From Carcharhinus longimanus (Eukaryota), in assembly GCA_030264375.1 (NCBI GenBank), contig JASCQW010000160.1:17351920-17415919 (forward strand): a stretch of 64,000 nt of DNA, read 5' to 3'. The translations under genes and the position numbers were made by a program. Shown here one piece after another: positions 36,795-49,662 of this stretch. A model generated the notes under the pieces. That model saw only the letters and a list, made by a program, of their open reading frames with translations, was not told the DNA's origin and did no database searches. Position 1 is the stretch's first letter, and each line of letters begins with the position of its first letter.

Positions 36795-37600
36795 TGGCCA
36801 GCATTTATTGCCCATCCCTGATTGCTCCTAAGAAGATGGTGATGAGCTGTGTTCTTGAACAACTGCAGTCTCTGAGCTGTAGGTATACCCATAGTGCTGT
36901 TGGGGAGAGACTTCCAGGATTTTGAACCAGTGACAGCAAAGGAATAGTGATAAATTTCCAATGTGGATGGTTAGTGATTTGAAGGGGAAGTGCTGGTGCT
37001 GTCATGTATCTGCTGCCCTTGTCTTGCTAGATTGTAGTGGCCGTGAAGGTGCTGTCTAAGGAACCTTGGTGAGTTCCTGCAGTGCATCTTGTAGATAGTA
37101 CATGTTGCAGTTACTGTGCATCAGTGGTGGAGAGATGAATGTTTCTGGATGAAGTGCCAATCAAGAGGGCTTTGTCCTGGATGGTGTCAAGCTTCTTGAG
37201 TGTTGTTGGAGTTGCACTCAATCAGGCAAGTCAGGAGCATTCCATCATGATTCCATTCCTATTAGTTACTGCCCTCCTTCTCCCCACACCCTACCTTACC
37301 CTCACAGTATAAATCTTGCCTGATTTTCCTTGTCTTCAACTCTGATGAAGGGTCATCCTAATTTAAATGTTGGCTCCATCCTCTCTCCAAAGGTCCTGTC
37401 ACACCTGCCGAGATTTTCCAGCATTTTCTGTTTTTGTGTCAGTATTCTGTCACACTCCTGACATGTGCTTTACAGACAGTGGACAGGCTTTAGGGAGTCA
37501 AGGGGTGAGTTATTCACCACAGGATCCTTAGCCTCTGACCTGCTCTTGTAGCCACAGTTTTTATATGGTTAGTCCAGGTAAGCTTCTGGTCAATGGTAAC
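36795..37600 (-). mobile_element. Non-LTR LINE 3' region (clade uncertain), interrupted by a pLTR remnant
   Basis: ggccagcatttattgcccatccct tail..tttgtcctggatggtgtcaagcttcttgagtgttgttggag..gtggacaggcttt..gggagtcagg. Same family as 27145. Confidence 0.8.
37248..37440 (+). mobile_element. Penelope-like pLTR (second family) with decayed hammerhead
   Basis: aactCTGATGAagggtcatcc..gagattttccagcattttctgtttttg. Degenerate direct repeats flank it (agcattccatca 37236 / agtattctgtca 37441). Confidence 0.75.
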
Positions 37601-38183
37601 CAAATCTGCTTCAAAATGACCCAATAATGACAGTACAACTAATGTTCAAGACTGAAAAATGAACAGAACTTCATGATGTTGGGACTAACCTCATAGTTGC
37701 AGTGAATACTTCAGATTTTTACAGTAAGTTTTTGTAATGCATATTTACCTGTTTTCTTTCTATTTACAAGTATTTTTCTGACTCATATTAGGCCAACTCT
37801 GTCTTTTTCAAATATTTCTGACATAAAGGGAAATAAAAACTGGAAGTGTTGGAAATACTCAGCATGTACGGTGGTTCTATTGACATCAAAGAACCCCAGA
37901 TTACATGGGCTGTTGAGGGCCCATCTGTGTCTGGTGAGTGCATGAGCTGGCCATTTCAAGGACAGTAACAAAATGTGGGAAACTTGGACGTTGGCACAAA
38001 CACATCAGTCATTGGCATGCCACGATTTTCAGCGTGCAGTTGTACAATTCCTGTCCAGCAGAGCTACTGAAACTCCAGTCTCCAGTGTTCTGAATACATC
38101 AAAGCTATTCAATGGGTATCCTATTTTATGTAAGATGAGTAAGAGATTTTGATATACAAAATTGGATAGAAATATAAGAATTT

Positions 38184-38306
38184 GGCTGGGATTTTCCAGT
38201 CCTGCTGTGTTGGGTTTCCCTGTGGTGGACGCGGTGAGCCACTTAAATCTCTGTTGACTCCAATAGGACTGGACGATCCTACTGTTTTTCATTAAAATTT
38301 ATCCAC
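38184..38306. mobile_element. Palindromic MITE
   Basis: ggctgggattttccagtcc..ctgttgactccaataggactggacgatcc. Confidence 0.55.
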
Positions 38307-38366
38307 TACAGTGAACAAAATCCAAACACGTTTTTTTTACTTAAAAGGGACTATCATCTGAGGCCA

Positions 38367-38680
38367 TTCATAGAATCCCTACAGTGCAGAGGGAGACCAT
38401 TCAGCCCATTGAGTCTGCACCGACCACAATCCCACATTCCCATAGCCCCATGTTTTTACCCTGCTACATCCCCTGATACTAAGTGGCAATTTACCATAGC
38501 CAGTCAACCTAACCAGCATATCTTTGGATTGTGGGAGGAAACCGGAGCATCCGGAGGAAACCGTGCAGACACGAGGAGAATGTGCAAACTCCACACAGAT
38601 AGTGACTCAAGCCGGGAATCGAAGCCGGGTCCCTGGCACTGTCAGGCAGCAGTGCTAACCACTGTGCCACCATTCCACCC
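38367..38680 (-). mobile_element. HE1-like V-SINE
   Basis: catagaatccctacagtgcaga..tttggattgtgggaggaaaccggagcatccggaggaaacc..aggcagcagtgctaaccactgtgccacc. Confidence 0.88.
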
Positions 38681-39307
38681 AGAGCATGTTTCCTTAGAGC
38701 AAAGGATGGTTGCTTAGGTCAGCCTTGACATTAATGTGCCTTGCTTCAGGCTTAGATGTTCTTCAGAAGTAAAAGTTAGCCCAATCCTCCATTGGGTAAC
38801 CCTCTTCCACAATCAATTCAACAGAGATTTTCATCAGATGAAGGCTAGTCGTACCTGTATAGAATTTATCAAACTGATCAAAGTACCTTGAAAGTTGCAT
38901 TTGAGTAAAAAAGCCCCTCCCCTCAAAAAATTATAAACCTTTTGCGTTTATATAAACTCTATCATGATACACAGGATGTGATATTAGTTCAAACAACATG
39001 AACTAAAGTCTAAGGATGATTGTTTGAGATATCATATGTATAACAACTTTATGCCACCTTTTTCAACTGTAGTACAAACCTATTTGTAGCAGTTAGGTTA
39101 ATAAATAGGTTATAATACTAGATAGAGGAACGTTACATGAATGTATTTGTTACTTGCGTTATCCTAAACATACAAAACAGACGCCAATCTATCAAAGGCA
39201 GAATGGATTGGTGAGATACATATACATGACTTATTCATGCTCAGATACTCTTCAAAATTACTGAATGTTCCTCCCCATTTTTCCCCAGTGTTTCACATAT
39301 CACTCAC

Positions 39308-39429
39308 TGTTTTTTTGCCGCGCCTTTGAAGTAAGCTGGGTTGCCTTCTTGGGCTTTCGCACACGTGAATATCTCAGTACTTCGAAACTCTCAGGTACAG
39401 CAGCTGCACCATGTGTATCTGGAGGCCTC
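39308..39429 (-). CDS. Internal coding exon (122 nt, phase 2 to 1): RPPDTHGAAAVPESFEVLRYSRVRKPKKATQLTSKARQKN
   Basis: Acceptor ttctgtttatcttgatcccacag|G and donor ACA|gtgagt. Only one frame is open, and it joins the 24961 exon in frame (A|GT = Ser). Confidence 0.82.
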
Positions 39430-42400
39430 CTGTGGGATCAAGATAAACAGAACAGAGAATGGGGAAGAATTCTACTTCAACGCTTGACTTGCAATTGTCT
39501 ACTATCACTGACAACAGCTTGCTACAGTGAAGCATCCATTCAGTGTAATATACTAACTACAGTTCCTGAGCCAAAACTCAACCATGTGGTTGGACAGATT
39601 GGGTCTAGTATTCAATCGAGTAGAACTAATTTCAAAATTTATCCCCCATCCAAGTCACATTACCTGAACTCAAATAGATTTTAAAAATACTTCTCATTTT
39701 CCTCCCTCTTAATCTGCTTAGGTCAAATTGATCAGCCTATCAAAAAGGAACATGTTGAACGATGCACTTCCAGGATTAGGAAAGTGTCCCTAGAGGACCA
39801 AGCATTTGGTAGTGTGTGTGTTGGGAACAGGGGAGGTGATTGGGTTGATCATAGTTCCATTGTCATGGAAAAGTGCCTGCTTTCTGATGAGTATCTTATT
39901 ACGACAAAAACAAAATGAGGTCTAAAAGTCACCATGATGGAACTGTAAAAGGCAAATATCATAAGCAGAGTCCAACTCACTGTGCACCCTGTCAGATTCA
40001 GCATCTCTGTCTACAGGAAAGAACATTGGGTATAAAATTATTACGGCTTATTTTCAGACGCATGGGATACTGAGCCCTCAGTCTTACCGGGCTTTGTTGG
40101 CTTAATTTGGGTGAGTTTCCAGGAGCTGTCATGCCTCTATATTTGGATTAGTCCAAAGGCAAGTCCCAAATCGGGGAATGTTGCTAGCGATCAAGGGGGA
40201 AGGTCAATCACAGACATAGTTGGGAGATCATCCCACCTAGAATGGGGTAAACCCACATCTACTCTGTTGTTCTTGCATAGGGACTGAAAACAGGCATTAG
40301 GTCCCTTCCATACACAAATGACAGATCTAATGACTTTCAGGTGATGTTATCTGACACTTGAGAACGAACCTGACCAAATTTTGGGTTGACTGTCTTTCAG
40401 ATGTCTTTGAGTTGCAAGTCTGGCTTCCCGAAATTGGGTCTTGTTCACTTGTATGGTGCCCCTAAAACAGGTATCATCATGTCCAATTTTTGATTTTTTT
40501 TGTATTCTTTCTCTGCAAAAACTCTTTGGACAATACATGATAAAACATCTTGGAGCAGGATAATGATAAGATGCTGCTGGTTATATGTAAAAAATCAACT
40601 CAAATGCCTTAGATGCAAAACTTTGTTCTCCAGTTTTGTACTTTTTCCCGTCCCAATTATTTTTGCCTCTTTTTTGTTTTAAGACTATTCCTATGCCACA
40701 AACCATACTCTCAAATGAGAGGTAGGTTGGTATCCTGCATTGTCTCTCCCATTTGCTGCCTCGAGTCAGGTGCTAGGAATCCTACAGTATATTTAGAAAA
40801 AATGTTCCCCTGCCATTACCCTCTCTCAGGCCAGGTGACTCATCATGTAGCAAACGCAAGTGTGAACCCCAGATTCTACAACTCAATAGACATAGGAAGA
40901 AATCATCAACCGATTAAACATGGGCAGGGTCAAAGAAAACAGGATAAAATAATCAGAGAATTGAATTGAACTCCGCTAGTTTCTGGAAATGGAATGGAAA
41001 CAGCATTACTATACAGTGATGGAAAATCCCAACATTGTCGCCAAACTAAATTCTCTCCATCTTTCTTAGAAATATTTCCTATCCTCATTGTTATGAACAC
41101 TAAACTTAAGAAAGGTGTCAATGTCTGAGGGAATGGTTCATTCATCAATTGGATAGAGATTAACAATGAGGTGGGTCACAATATTTCATTTCATTTTGTT
41201 CATTTTAAATTACTTGCAATGAATGTAATGATTAAGTGGTGCCAAAACTGCCTTTTATACTATAAACTATCATTATATTAATTTTGTTTCTGTACCCTAA
41301 GCTGCCACAATAATCTGGACTTGTCACTAACTTGTAGCTCATCTACAAAACTAATGGATAATACAGAAGGCTTCAAATTCCCCTGTGGGGTGTTCACATG
41401 ATTACCCAATGCATGTTCTTTCCACCCGATACATGGCATTACTTTGGAGACCCAACAAGCCTGCCTTCCCTCTTCCTCTCTGCCCTAAAAGTTGTTCATC
41501 AGAATCCCTGGCACTTATCACTAATTGACCACTCTGATATTTTTTGGCCACCTGTGCCACCTCTACTAAATTATTTTGCTTCACTCCCTTTCTCTTTCCC
41601 TGCCTGGGTCCAATTATCCCTATGCTTATTAGCCCGACTTAACCCGAACACTATGACAGGTCGTAACTAGCACTGCTAAGCCATGGGAGATTGACTGGTG
41701 AATTTGTTATATATAATAGCTTTTTGTTCGTTATGCATTATGCTTCACTACAGAGTTGATGTCAAGAACATCATCATCTAAAATTGCGATAGAGCAAAGT
41801 CACTTATGATGGAATTGAAATCAAATACCTGGATGATATCATGGAGTGGGAAAGTGCGAATTCCTTTCTCATGAATCTTAACACTGTGTGAATTCTGTTG
41901 CATAGAATTGCTTGGATTTACAGCACCATTCCAACTGGCTCTTGTTTATGTTCTCGAGGAGCCTCCTATTATATCTAACCCCTGTTCCATTCTAATCACT
42001 CTGCATAAAGAATAGTGTCTCCTGAATTTCCTATTGGATTGATTAGAGGTTATCATGCATTAACTGGAGTTGATTTGATTTTAGGCCAACAGACTGGGGG
42101 AGCACAATTGCTGGCCACTAGTTCCATTGGCAAAGACATCCCCTCCCAATCTATGTCTTTGAGGCCACTGTATCGCTTAAATTTTATGGGGCAGCTGCGA
42201 GGCGCCAAAAGAATTGTCCCAATGCAACTTGCTGGATGAAACCTCAACATTGAGCAACAGCAGCCACCTGCTAGATAAAGTTTGGGCACTGGTGGGGGTG
42301 CGATTTCAAAATCATGGAGCACAGGGGTTCCCGGGGTAGCAATGATCTTATCTAAGTCAGAGGGCCCTTATTTTCTTATTGAAAATGAACTTTTAGAATG

Positions 42401-42599
42401 GAGACCAGCGTTAACAGAATAGTAAAGCTACCAATCCCATTTCAGGTCTGTTGCCACCCTTAAGGCTAAAGTGTTGACACACGACACCAGTGTGAAAATT
42501 GGGCATTACTTCCCAGTAAGAGGGGAAGAGTCACTACCCCAGGTTGCTCCCAGTTAACTGGTAGAGTTAAGCATGCACACTAACCAGCTATGTGTTGGC

Positions 42600-42726
42600 T
42601 CAAGGATAGTGTGTGGTGTAAATATGTAGGGATATGGGGGTAGGGCCTGGGTGGGATTGTGGTCGGTGCAGACTTGATGGGCCGAAGGGCCTTTCTCTGT
42701 GGGTTCTATGATTCTATGATCTATAG
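42600..42726 (+). mobile_element. 3' fragment of HE1-like SINE
   Basis: gtaaatatgtagggatatggggg.agggcctgggtgggattgtggtcggtgcagac..ttctatgattctatga. Confidence 0.8.
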
Positions 42727-43994
42727 ACTCAACAAATGGGGTGAGAAATATTCAAAAAAGTGGGAGACCCACTCTCAGAAAATGGCAATTACATTGAAAT
42801 GGTAACATCTTCAACCTTTTTATGTGTTGATATACTGAACATTTTCTATGAAGTTGTTTTGTGTTGGATATAGAAGTGAAGTTGATAGTGAATAATTTTG
42901 CGAAGGGTGTATCTGACCCAAGGGGTAACCTTTCTGATGAATTTGATTAAAGTTTTCCCCAGTGTCTCTCCAAAATGTCTTATACTGTTGGCACTGACCT
43001 CAGATGGTGAAAGCATTGATTATTGGGGGAAAAAAAATTGCCCCCCTTTCTTACTCAGAATATCAGACTGAATTGAAACAAATTGCATGAAAATATATGA
43101 GTTCTTTGCAAGAGTATACTTGCTTCAGATGCATTCTTAGCAAATACTTCCAGGAATCTTCTGCTGGAAATGTCAAAAGAAATGTGAATGGCCACAATGG
43201 AATTGATGTTTCAAGAGGAAGAATTAAGGGCACATATTACACTGTTGACTATAATTATAGTTCTCGCTTTTTCTACATGTCTCTTTGCAAACGATAAGAA
43301 ATTGAGAACTGGGATTGGAGCTTTTCATTTTTTTATTGCAAGTTTCTGATATCTTTATTGGAACACCATACACACTCCTAAGATGGGTTTGAAATTTCCA
43401 ATATGTTTTGTGGTACATCTTCCCCAGATATCCTGTTGCCTTCACGGTATTGATACAACATTTGGACAGTTCATTAGAAAACACCTTTCAGCCTACACAG
43501 GCATTGATCAAGGGCCCTCAGGCTCGGAGATTGACGTACCAACAAACAGTGCCACTGTATGATTGGACAAGGGTTTATTATCACAATTTAGTATACAACG
43601 TCACATACTTATTTGAGTTGCTTTCGGGAGTGGGATTGAGGGGTTGGTTGAGTAGGGAATCACCGCTTCTTTACAGGAAGGGCGTCACCAGTAGCCAATC
43701 GTGAGCACCTCACTTAGTGGGTAGTTACAGCTAGAGCAACATGGGCAGATACCTGGATGCAGTTTGCCAGCCCTGCCCCTCAGCAAGGAATGCTGAGTGC
43801 TGTGGAAGAACCTAAAGAGGAGGAAAAAGATATTGTGAAGCAATAAATGGTAAGTGAATGGAGATCATTTACAATACACAGTTTGTGAATATTACTTTCG
43901 CTGCCTGCAAGGCCAAGCTAATGTTTATTTCTCCAAATAGGTAAGCTGTGTGTGGAGATGTGGCTCGCCTAAATCATTACAAATAGGAGCCAAA

Positions 43995-44130
43995 GGGCGC
44001 AATCTTACTGGCCATTCATGCCGCGCTCCCACTGCAGCAAGGTTGGAGAATCTGGCACCCAGCCAAATCTCCATTCACTGCAGCGGGATGGGAAATTCTC
44101 ACTGGCGTGAACGGCCATAATATTCCAGCC
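43995..44130. mobile_element. Palindromic MITE
   Basis: gggcgcaatcttactggcc..cagccaaatctccattcactgcagcggga..tattccagcc. Confidence 0.75.
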
Positions 44131-44769
44131 AAGATCTTATTCCGGGATGGTCTTGGGCCTCCAGGTGGTAACAGAGCTTGCACAGCCTTAATTGAGGGCC
44201 CCAATGAGGCCCAATTAAATTTCTACCTCACTATCACAACAGTTGCTCTTGATGCGATTTCTGTTGAAAAGTTGGCGGATTGGGAGACTAATGGTGACAA
44301 GTTTCATTGCGGGACTCATGAGGTCCTTGTTGATAATTAAGTTGGGCCAACCTCAAAATTAAATCAAAATGTATTACTTTGCATAAACTTTTGCATTGAA
44401 AGTGAATCATCTTAAATAGTTTAAATGGAATAAGATATAAATCTTGAATAACTATCTTCAATCCCTGCTTAGTGGACTGTCCCACAGATGATGACATGAC
44501 CATCAATGATTAATTATGATATCAGTATTTTAAATTAAATATGAGGAAAACATAAATATGAAAATGTCTTAACACATTGTTTTAGCATGAGAAACTTCAG
44601 CTTGCAAAATACTTTGCTTTGTTAATCCATCATTTTTCCATTCCTACCTCAATATAGTCCCACTTCAGCATGAGAAATTCAATAAATTATTGTGGCTTAA
44701 TAATAACATGTTCTGCAATTAAATTGTTAGGAATGGTGATGTGTAGAAACACAGAGACCAAAATGTTTT

Positions 44770-44907
44770 CAGCCAGAGTGCTCCAGTCTCGCATGCTCTG
44801 CAGCCGCTCCCAGCAAGAATGGAGAATTTGATGCTTAGCCAAATCTCCATTCACTGCAGCGGGAGCAGGGAATCCCAGCTGCATACGAGGTTAGAGAATT
44901 CCAGCCC
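44770..44907. mobile_element. Palindromic MITE
   Basis: gccagagtgctcc..agccaaatctccattcactgcagcgggagcagggaatccc..gagaattccagccc. Confidence 0.75.
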
Positions 44908-45223
44908 TCAAGTTTGAGTCCTGGTTTGCTTCAAGTTACTATCTCATTTGCACTTGTGGCAGGGATGCAACAATTAATCTCAATAACCTGGGTGAGGGAG
45001 GAAAAGCAATTAATACCCGATTAGTACAGAGTAACAACTTTTTAAAAAGAATTATGGATGTATAGTTGGCAGATAATGATGACGCCAGACTATAATACTG
45101 CCATGCGGACAGTCAAACCCAGTTAAAAGAGTAACCAATTAGATAAGTTACCACAGGATAAAGGTGGAAGCCAACGACATTGTGAGTCATCACTTTCAGA
45201 GTATGAGGGTGGGTGACTGGTGG

Positions 45224-45361
45224 AACTCTTGGCCCTTTGGTTTAGATCAAGCCCACGATTGGGGTGCAATGTCTTTTCTTGTCAGCTTGGATCTTGTACA
45301 TCTCTCTTGTGGAGACCATAAATTGGACTCAATTTGAATTTGGTTGTTGGAGCAAGCAATG
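45224..45361 (+). pseudogene. U2 snRNA-derived sequence (about the 5' 115 nt of U2, rearranged); pseudogene or head of a U2-derived SINE
   Basis: Colinear blocks matching recalled vertebrate U2: tcttggccctttggtttagatcaa ~ TCTCGGCCTTTTGGCTAAGATCAA; gtgcaatgtcttttcttgtcag ~ GTGTAGTATCTGTTCTTATCAG; ggagaccataaatt ~ GAGGACAATATATT; ggttgttggagca ~ GGATTTTTGGAGCA. Confidence 0.75.
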
Positions 45362-46552
45362 CACTTTGCACATTGGCTTTATAACTTTAAGAATAGAATT
45401 TAAAAATTAAATAAAGGTCCAAGGGGAGCAAAAGAAAATGAAAAGAAGTTGGTCTAATAGTCCAGACTTTTGGAGATAATTTTCATCCATGTCTCTGGGT
45501 GGGAAAGTCGATGGGATCAAATGGAAAATTTGTTTGTACCCCAGCCAATAATTACATTCCATTTTTCAATAGGCAATTAAGTAAGATGTGGTGGACTGCT
45601 AACCAGCATCTTACCCACTCCTGACAGGTGGGTTAGATTAAAATTGCCCTCGCTTTACTGAGTCCAAAGCATGCTTCATTCCGGATGAATATCTTCTTTA
45701 TAAACCTAATCATCCCAGGCCTAGTTGTTAACTTTCTCAACCTGAGTAAAGCAGTTCAATAAAATCTGATAGGGCTTGTCAATTTTGAATTCCAATTTCT
45801 CACTTCTGTACACATTGGTTAAGGCAAAAATATGAAACGCAACATCCTTGAGTAGCATTCATCGCTGATGCCACTTTGCAAATTGAACTTTATTGATTGC
45901 AGATGACTTAATATTCATCAGTAATCTAATTGTATCTATTCTATCAAGGTTGAGTAGACATCTCTCAAATTAGTATATAAAAAGACCTTAATTTCTAAAG
46001 ACATTAAAATAGACATCTTGAAATATAGATTTATAATAACAAAAAATATTCAATGGGTAAAAATTCCAGCTACATTATAAAATGCTGGAGCTGAATATGT
46101 ATTCAAAATATTTATAAACTGTAGTCAGGTCACAGAGCATTTCTTCAGGACAGAAGTTAAATACATCCATATTACATTTTTTTTCTATGCAGCACAGTAA
46201 ATAAAATATGTATTTTGCGTAGAAAATATTTACAGGAAGTTTTCTGTTTGCAAACGATAGCATAACTGTTAAAGGACATATTACAGCTCTCACGAGCTTT
46301 AAAGAAGTGGAAAGCATTCCCACTGGGAACATTATTATTTGAAGTTGTACATTTTGTATGCCTGTTGCAAATCGGCCCGATGTGTTGTTGCTGAAACCTT
46401 CAATGGTTGGTCACGAGGGTGAAGGCAATGAAGAAGAAATCAAATCTGCAACTATTTGGAACAATAAGGGAAATGTATGTCCAATAAAAATATATGATTG
46501 ATTATTCCATGAAAGCATTTAAGGGATTTATCTGGTGATGTAGATGGTTAGC

Positions 46553-46808
46553 AATGATCATCCCCATGAGGTTCATGGGGATCACTAATTGATCTCCCTT
46601 TGGGGTTTGTTGAATATGAGTTTCCCTGGTAACAGGCCGTGACCTGACCAGTTGTAACTCATTACTTGAGCCTTTTATAAGGCAGGCCCAGGACTGGGTC
46701 TGCTGAACTGTAGTTCCAGGGACCAGTGTATACACCATGGTAGTGGATCTACATTGCATTCTGTAATAAACTATGTTCCTTTCCAATTGGGCTTCCTGAG
46801 TCATTATA
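46553..46808 (+). repeat. 5' LTR (start approximate)
   Basis: Aligns with 50925-51196 (attgatctcc, ccctggtaacaggc, aggcccaggactggg, tgctgaactgtagt, tacattgcattctgtaat, tatgttcctttcca). Confidence 0.88.
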
Positions 46809-46809
46809 T

Positions 46810-46822
46810 TGGTGATGAGGAA
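46810..46822 (+). promoter_or_regulatory. Primer-binding site (TGGCGACGAGGA-type, CpG-decayed; likely tRNA-Ser)
   Basis: tggtgatgaggaa immediately follows the 5' LTR. Confidence 0.65.
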
Positions 46823-49536
46823 CAAGAAAAATTTTGGACCACCTTGCCTTTCAATGACCCTGGTAAGACAGTGATGGGGAGATATTGAAAATGTTGCTGT
46901 TTGTGACTGGAAATTTATGATGTGGGTATGGAGGGTTGGCCCCAGTACATGAAAAAAATGAGGTATTTCTTCTGGGCAAAGAGGTTAGAAGGAGATGACC
47001 AACAAGAAGTCATTCTCCTGACTGCTTGTGGGGTGTTCAGCATCATAAAATATTTAACTTACCAGCCAACCCCAGATTCAAACTCGTTTGATGAATTGGT
47101 AGATATGGTATTGAGCCACTACAATCCTAAATCATTGTTATATTGCAATGCTACAGGTTTAACACAGCAAATAGACTCCCTAGGGAACTAGTCAGTGAGC
47201 TCCTAATGAGACTGCAGAAGTTGGTGGAACACTGAGTACCAGTCAGCATTTCTGGAAATGTTAAGGGATTGTTTAGAATGTGGAAGTAATAGTAATGTGA
47301 CCCAAAGGAAGCTATGGATTGAACCAGCTCTGAACCTCAAGAGCCATAGAACTGGCTCTTTTGCATGGAAATATGAAAAAAAGGGGCCCAGGAGCTTTAG
47401 GGGTCCATCCTCAGCCTTGCGTGACCTCCATACTGCAGAACCATTTACTGCCAAGAAACGGTAATTGGAGTTAGAGGCTGTGAGATTCCAGAACTAGACA
47501 GTCTCCACACTACAGTGAGAAGTGAGCACAGCTGTGCTGTACTTGTGGTCATGAGGTCTACCCCAGACAAGGCTACCGAAACAGGCCAAAGGGCCACATC
47601 AGGACAGGGCTTCACAAATAAACCAGCCCCAGAATGAGGAATTGATGCAGGTAAATTACATCATTGCACCCAAAGTTGCTCCAATCAAGATTAAACTTTA
47701 GGTAAGTGGCCAGCCCCAAGACATGAAGGTAGATACAGGAGCCTCTATATCTATTATTGGAGAGTAAGCCTTCCAGTGAACCCGATTGGGAAACGTGCCT
47801 TTAAGCCTGCAGGACACTAGGGCTAGATTGGCCACATACACTGGGGAGTCCTTATGTATTGTTAGGATCACTATAACCCCAGTTATATATGGGCAACAGA
47901 CTGTTTGACTCCCCCTAACAGTGGTACAAGGACCAGAGCCCAACCTCTTGGAAAGGAACTGGCTTCAGGAAATCAACCTGGATTGGTAACAGATCTTTAA
48001 TACCAAGTCATTGTGAAGTATCCTGAAGTAGTCCAAGAAGACCTTGAGCAAATTTGGGCCAAGATCCACATGGACCCAGAGCCCCAATCAAAAAAACTCA
48101 AGCTATTGCTAGCCCCCTATGCCCTATGTACCAAAGTAGAGATTGAATTGGAACATCTAGAGGAACTTGGCATTATAAGCCCAGTACAATTTGCTGAATG
48201 GGTCATGCTTGAAGTCCCAGTTTTAAAACCTGACAATTCAATCCGTGTCTTTGGGAATTATAAATTGACTACCAACAGAGTTTCCCATTTAGATAGAAAT
48301 CCTATGCCAAGCTCTGGCTGGGAGTCAGAGCATGAGCCACGCCTACCTCCAACTGGAGCTTATCACCATAAATACTTACAAAGGACTGTATGAGTATATT
48401 CTTTTTTCTTTGGGGTGTCTTTGGCTTGCAGAATTTTTCAAAGGGTGTTGGGGAATATCTTTCAAGGAGTGCCCCTCATGGGGCCATCTATTTGGATGAT
48501 GTTTTAATCTTGAGTTGCTGCAAAAGAACGTTTGGAGAGTTTGAAGGATGATCTTATAGCTTTTTCTGATGCTGGTGGTCTGATTAAAAAGGGAAAAATG
48601 TATGTTCTGGACCAACAAGGTAACATACCTTGGGTACAGAGTTGACCAGTATGGATCATACCCTGTCAAAGAGAAGGAGAAGGTGAAGGTCATAAAAAGC
48701 ATTCTGACTCCAAGGAACACAATGGAGTTGAGGTCTTTCCTAGATCTTATAAATTACTGTGGGAAATTCATACCAAACTTGGTGACTCTGCTGGGATCCC
48801 TCCACATAAAAATCAGAAATGCTCATGGAATCCTTCCACATTCTGTTTAAAAAAAATCAGAAATGCTCAAAGCAAATGTCATAAGAGAAGTCAAACAACA
48901 AGCAATTGTTAACAAATACACTAGCTCATTATAATTCCTGAGATACCTCCTCCTATGGGATAGGAGCAGTATTATTGCACTGTTGGGATGATGGGACAGA
49001 ACGTCCAATCACATATACATTGTGAACCCTGGCAGATGCAGAGAGGAATTATGCCCAGATTGATTATGGTATCTGTGGTGAATAAATTCCATCAGTACGT
49101 CAATGGTCGTTATTTCACCATAGTAATGGACCATGAATCTCTGCTGGGCCTCTTCAAGGAAGACAAAGTGATCCTTCCCACGGCATCAGTCCAGATCCAA
49201 CACCAAGCACTGCTAATAGGTCCCTAAGAATAAACCTCAGAACATCATCCAGAGAGACATTTAGGCAATGCGGATGACTTAATCCCATTTGCCAGTGAGG
49301 AGCTTCAGGCTTTCATGAGTATGAACAGAATAAGGCACATTAAGTCATCCTTAGGGGTTAAGTCATCCACATTGGAAGATGGATGAAGTCGTCATGGCTC
49401 TGAACTTCATGAAGACACTCAGTATCCACCTAGCAAATCTAGGCATGGACCCATAAGGACTCTAAGTTGGCGAAACAACAGCATGTCATCTTAAGTGGTG
49501 GACCACAAGAGCGTCCTATGGAGGATTTGAAACCTT

Positions 49537-49662
49537 GGCAGGAATTTTACTGTCCCACCTGCCATGTGAATTCGAGCAGGTGAGGGGTGAATCATGGAAA
49601 GGTCCGTTGACCTCAGGTGGGATTTTATGGTTTCGGGACGAGCGAAGCTGTAAAATGCCACC
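49537..49662. mobile_element. Palindromic MITE nested in Gypsy pol
   Basis: ggcaggaattttac..gaaaggtccgttgacctcaggtgggatttt..gtaaaatgccacc. Removing it restores DLKP|LFSKFQE..GIILWGTRVVV. Confidence 0.8.

Noticed and set aside
43055-43163. Minus-strand exon-like segment with a good acceptor and gtaag donor
   Set aside because: Stop codons occur in all three frames at or before the donor.
43555-43720. Promoter-like cluster (CCAAT boxes, cgtcac)
   Set aside because: There is no CpG island or downstream exon, and the region overlaps what looks like a decayed SINE.
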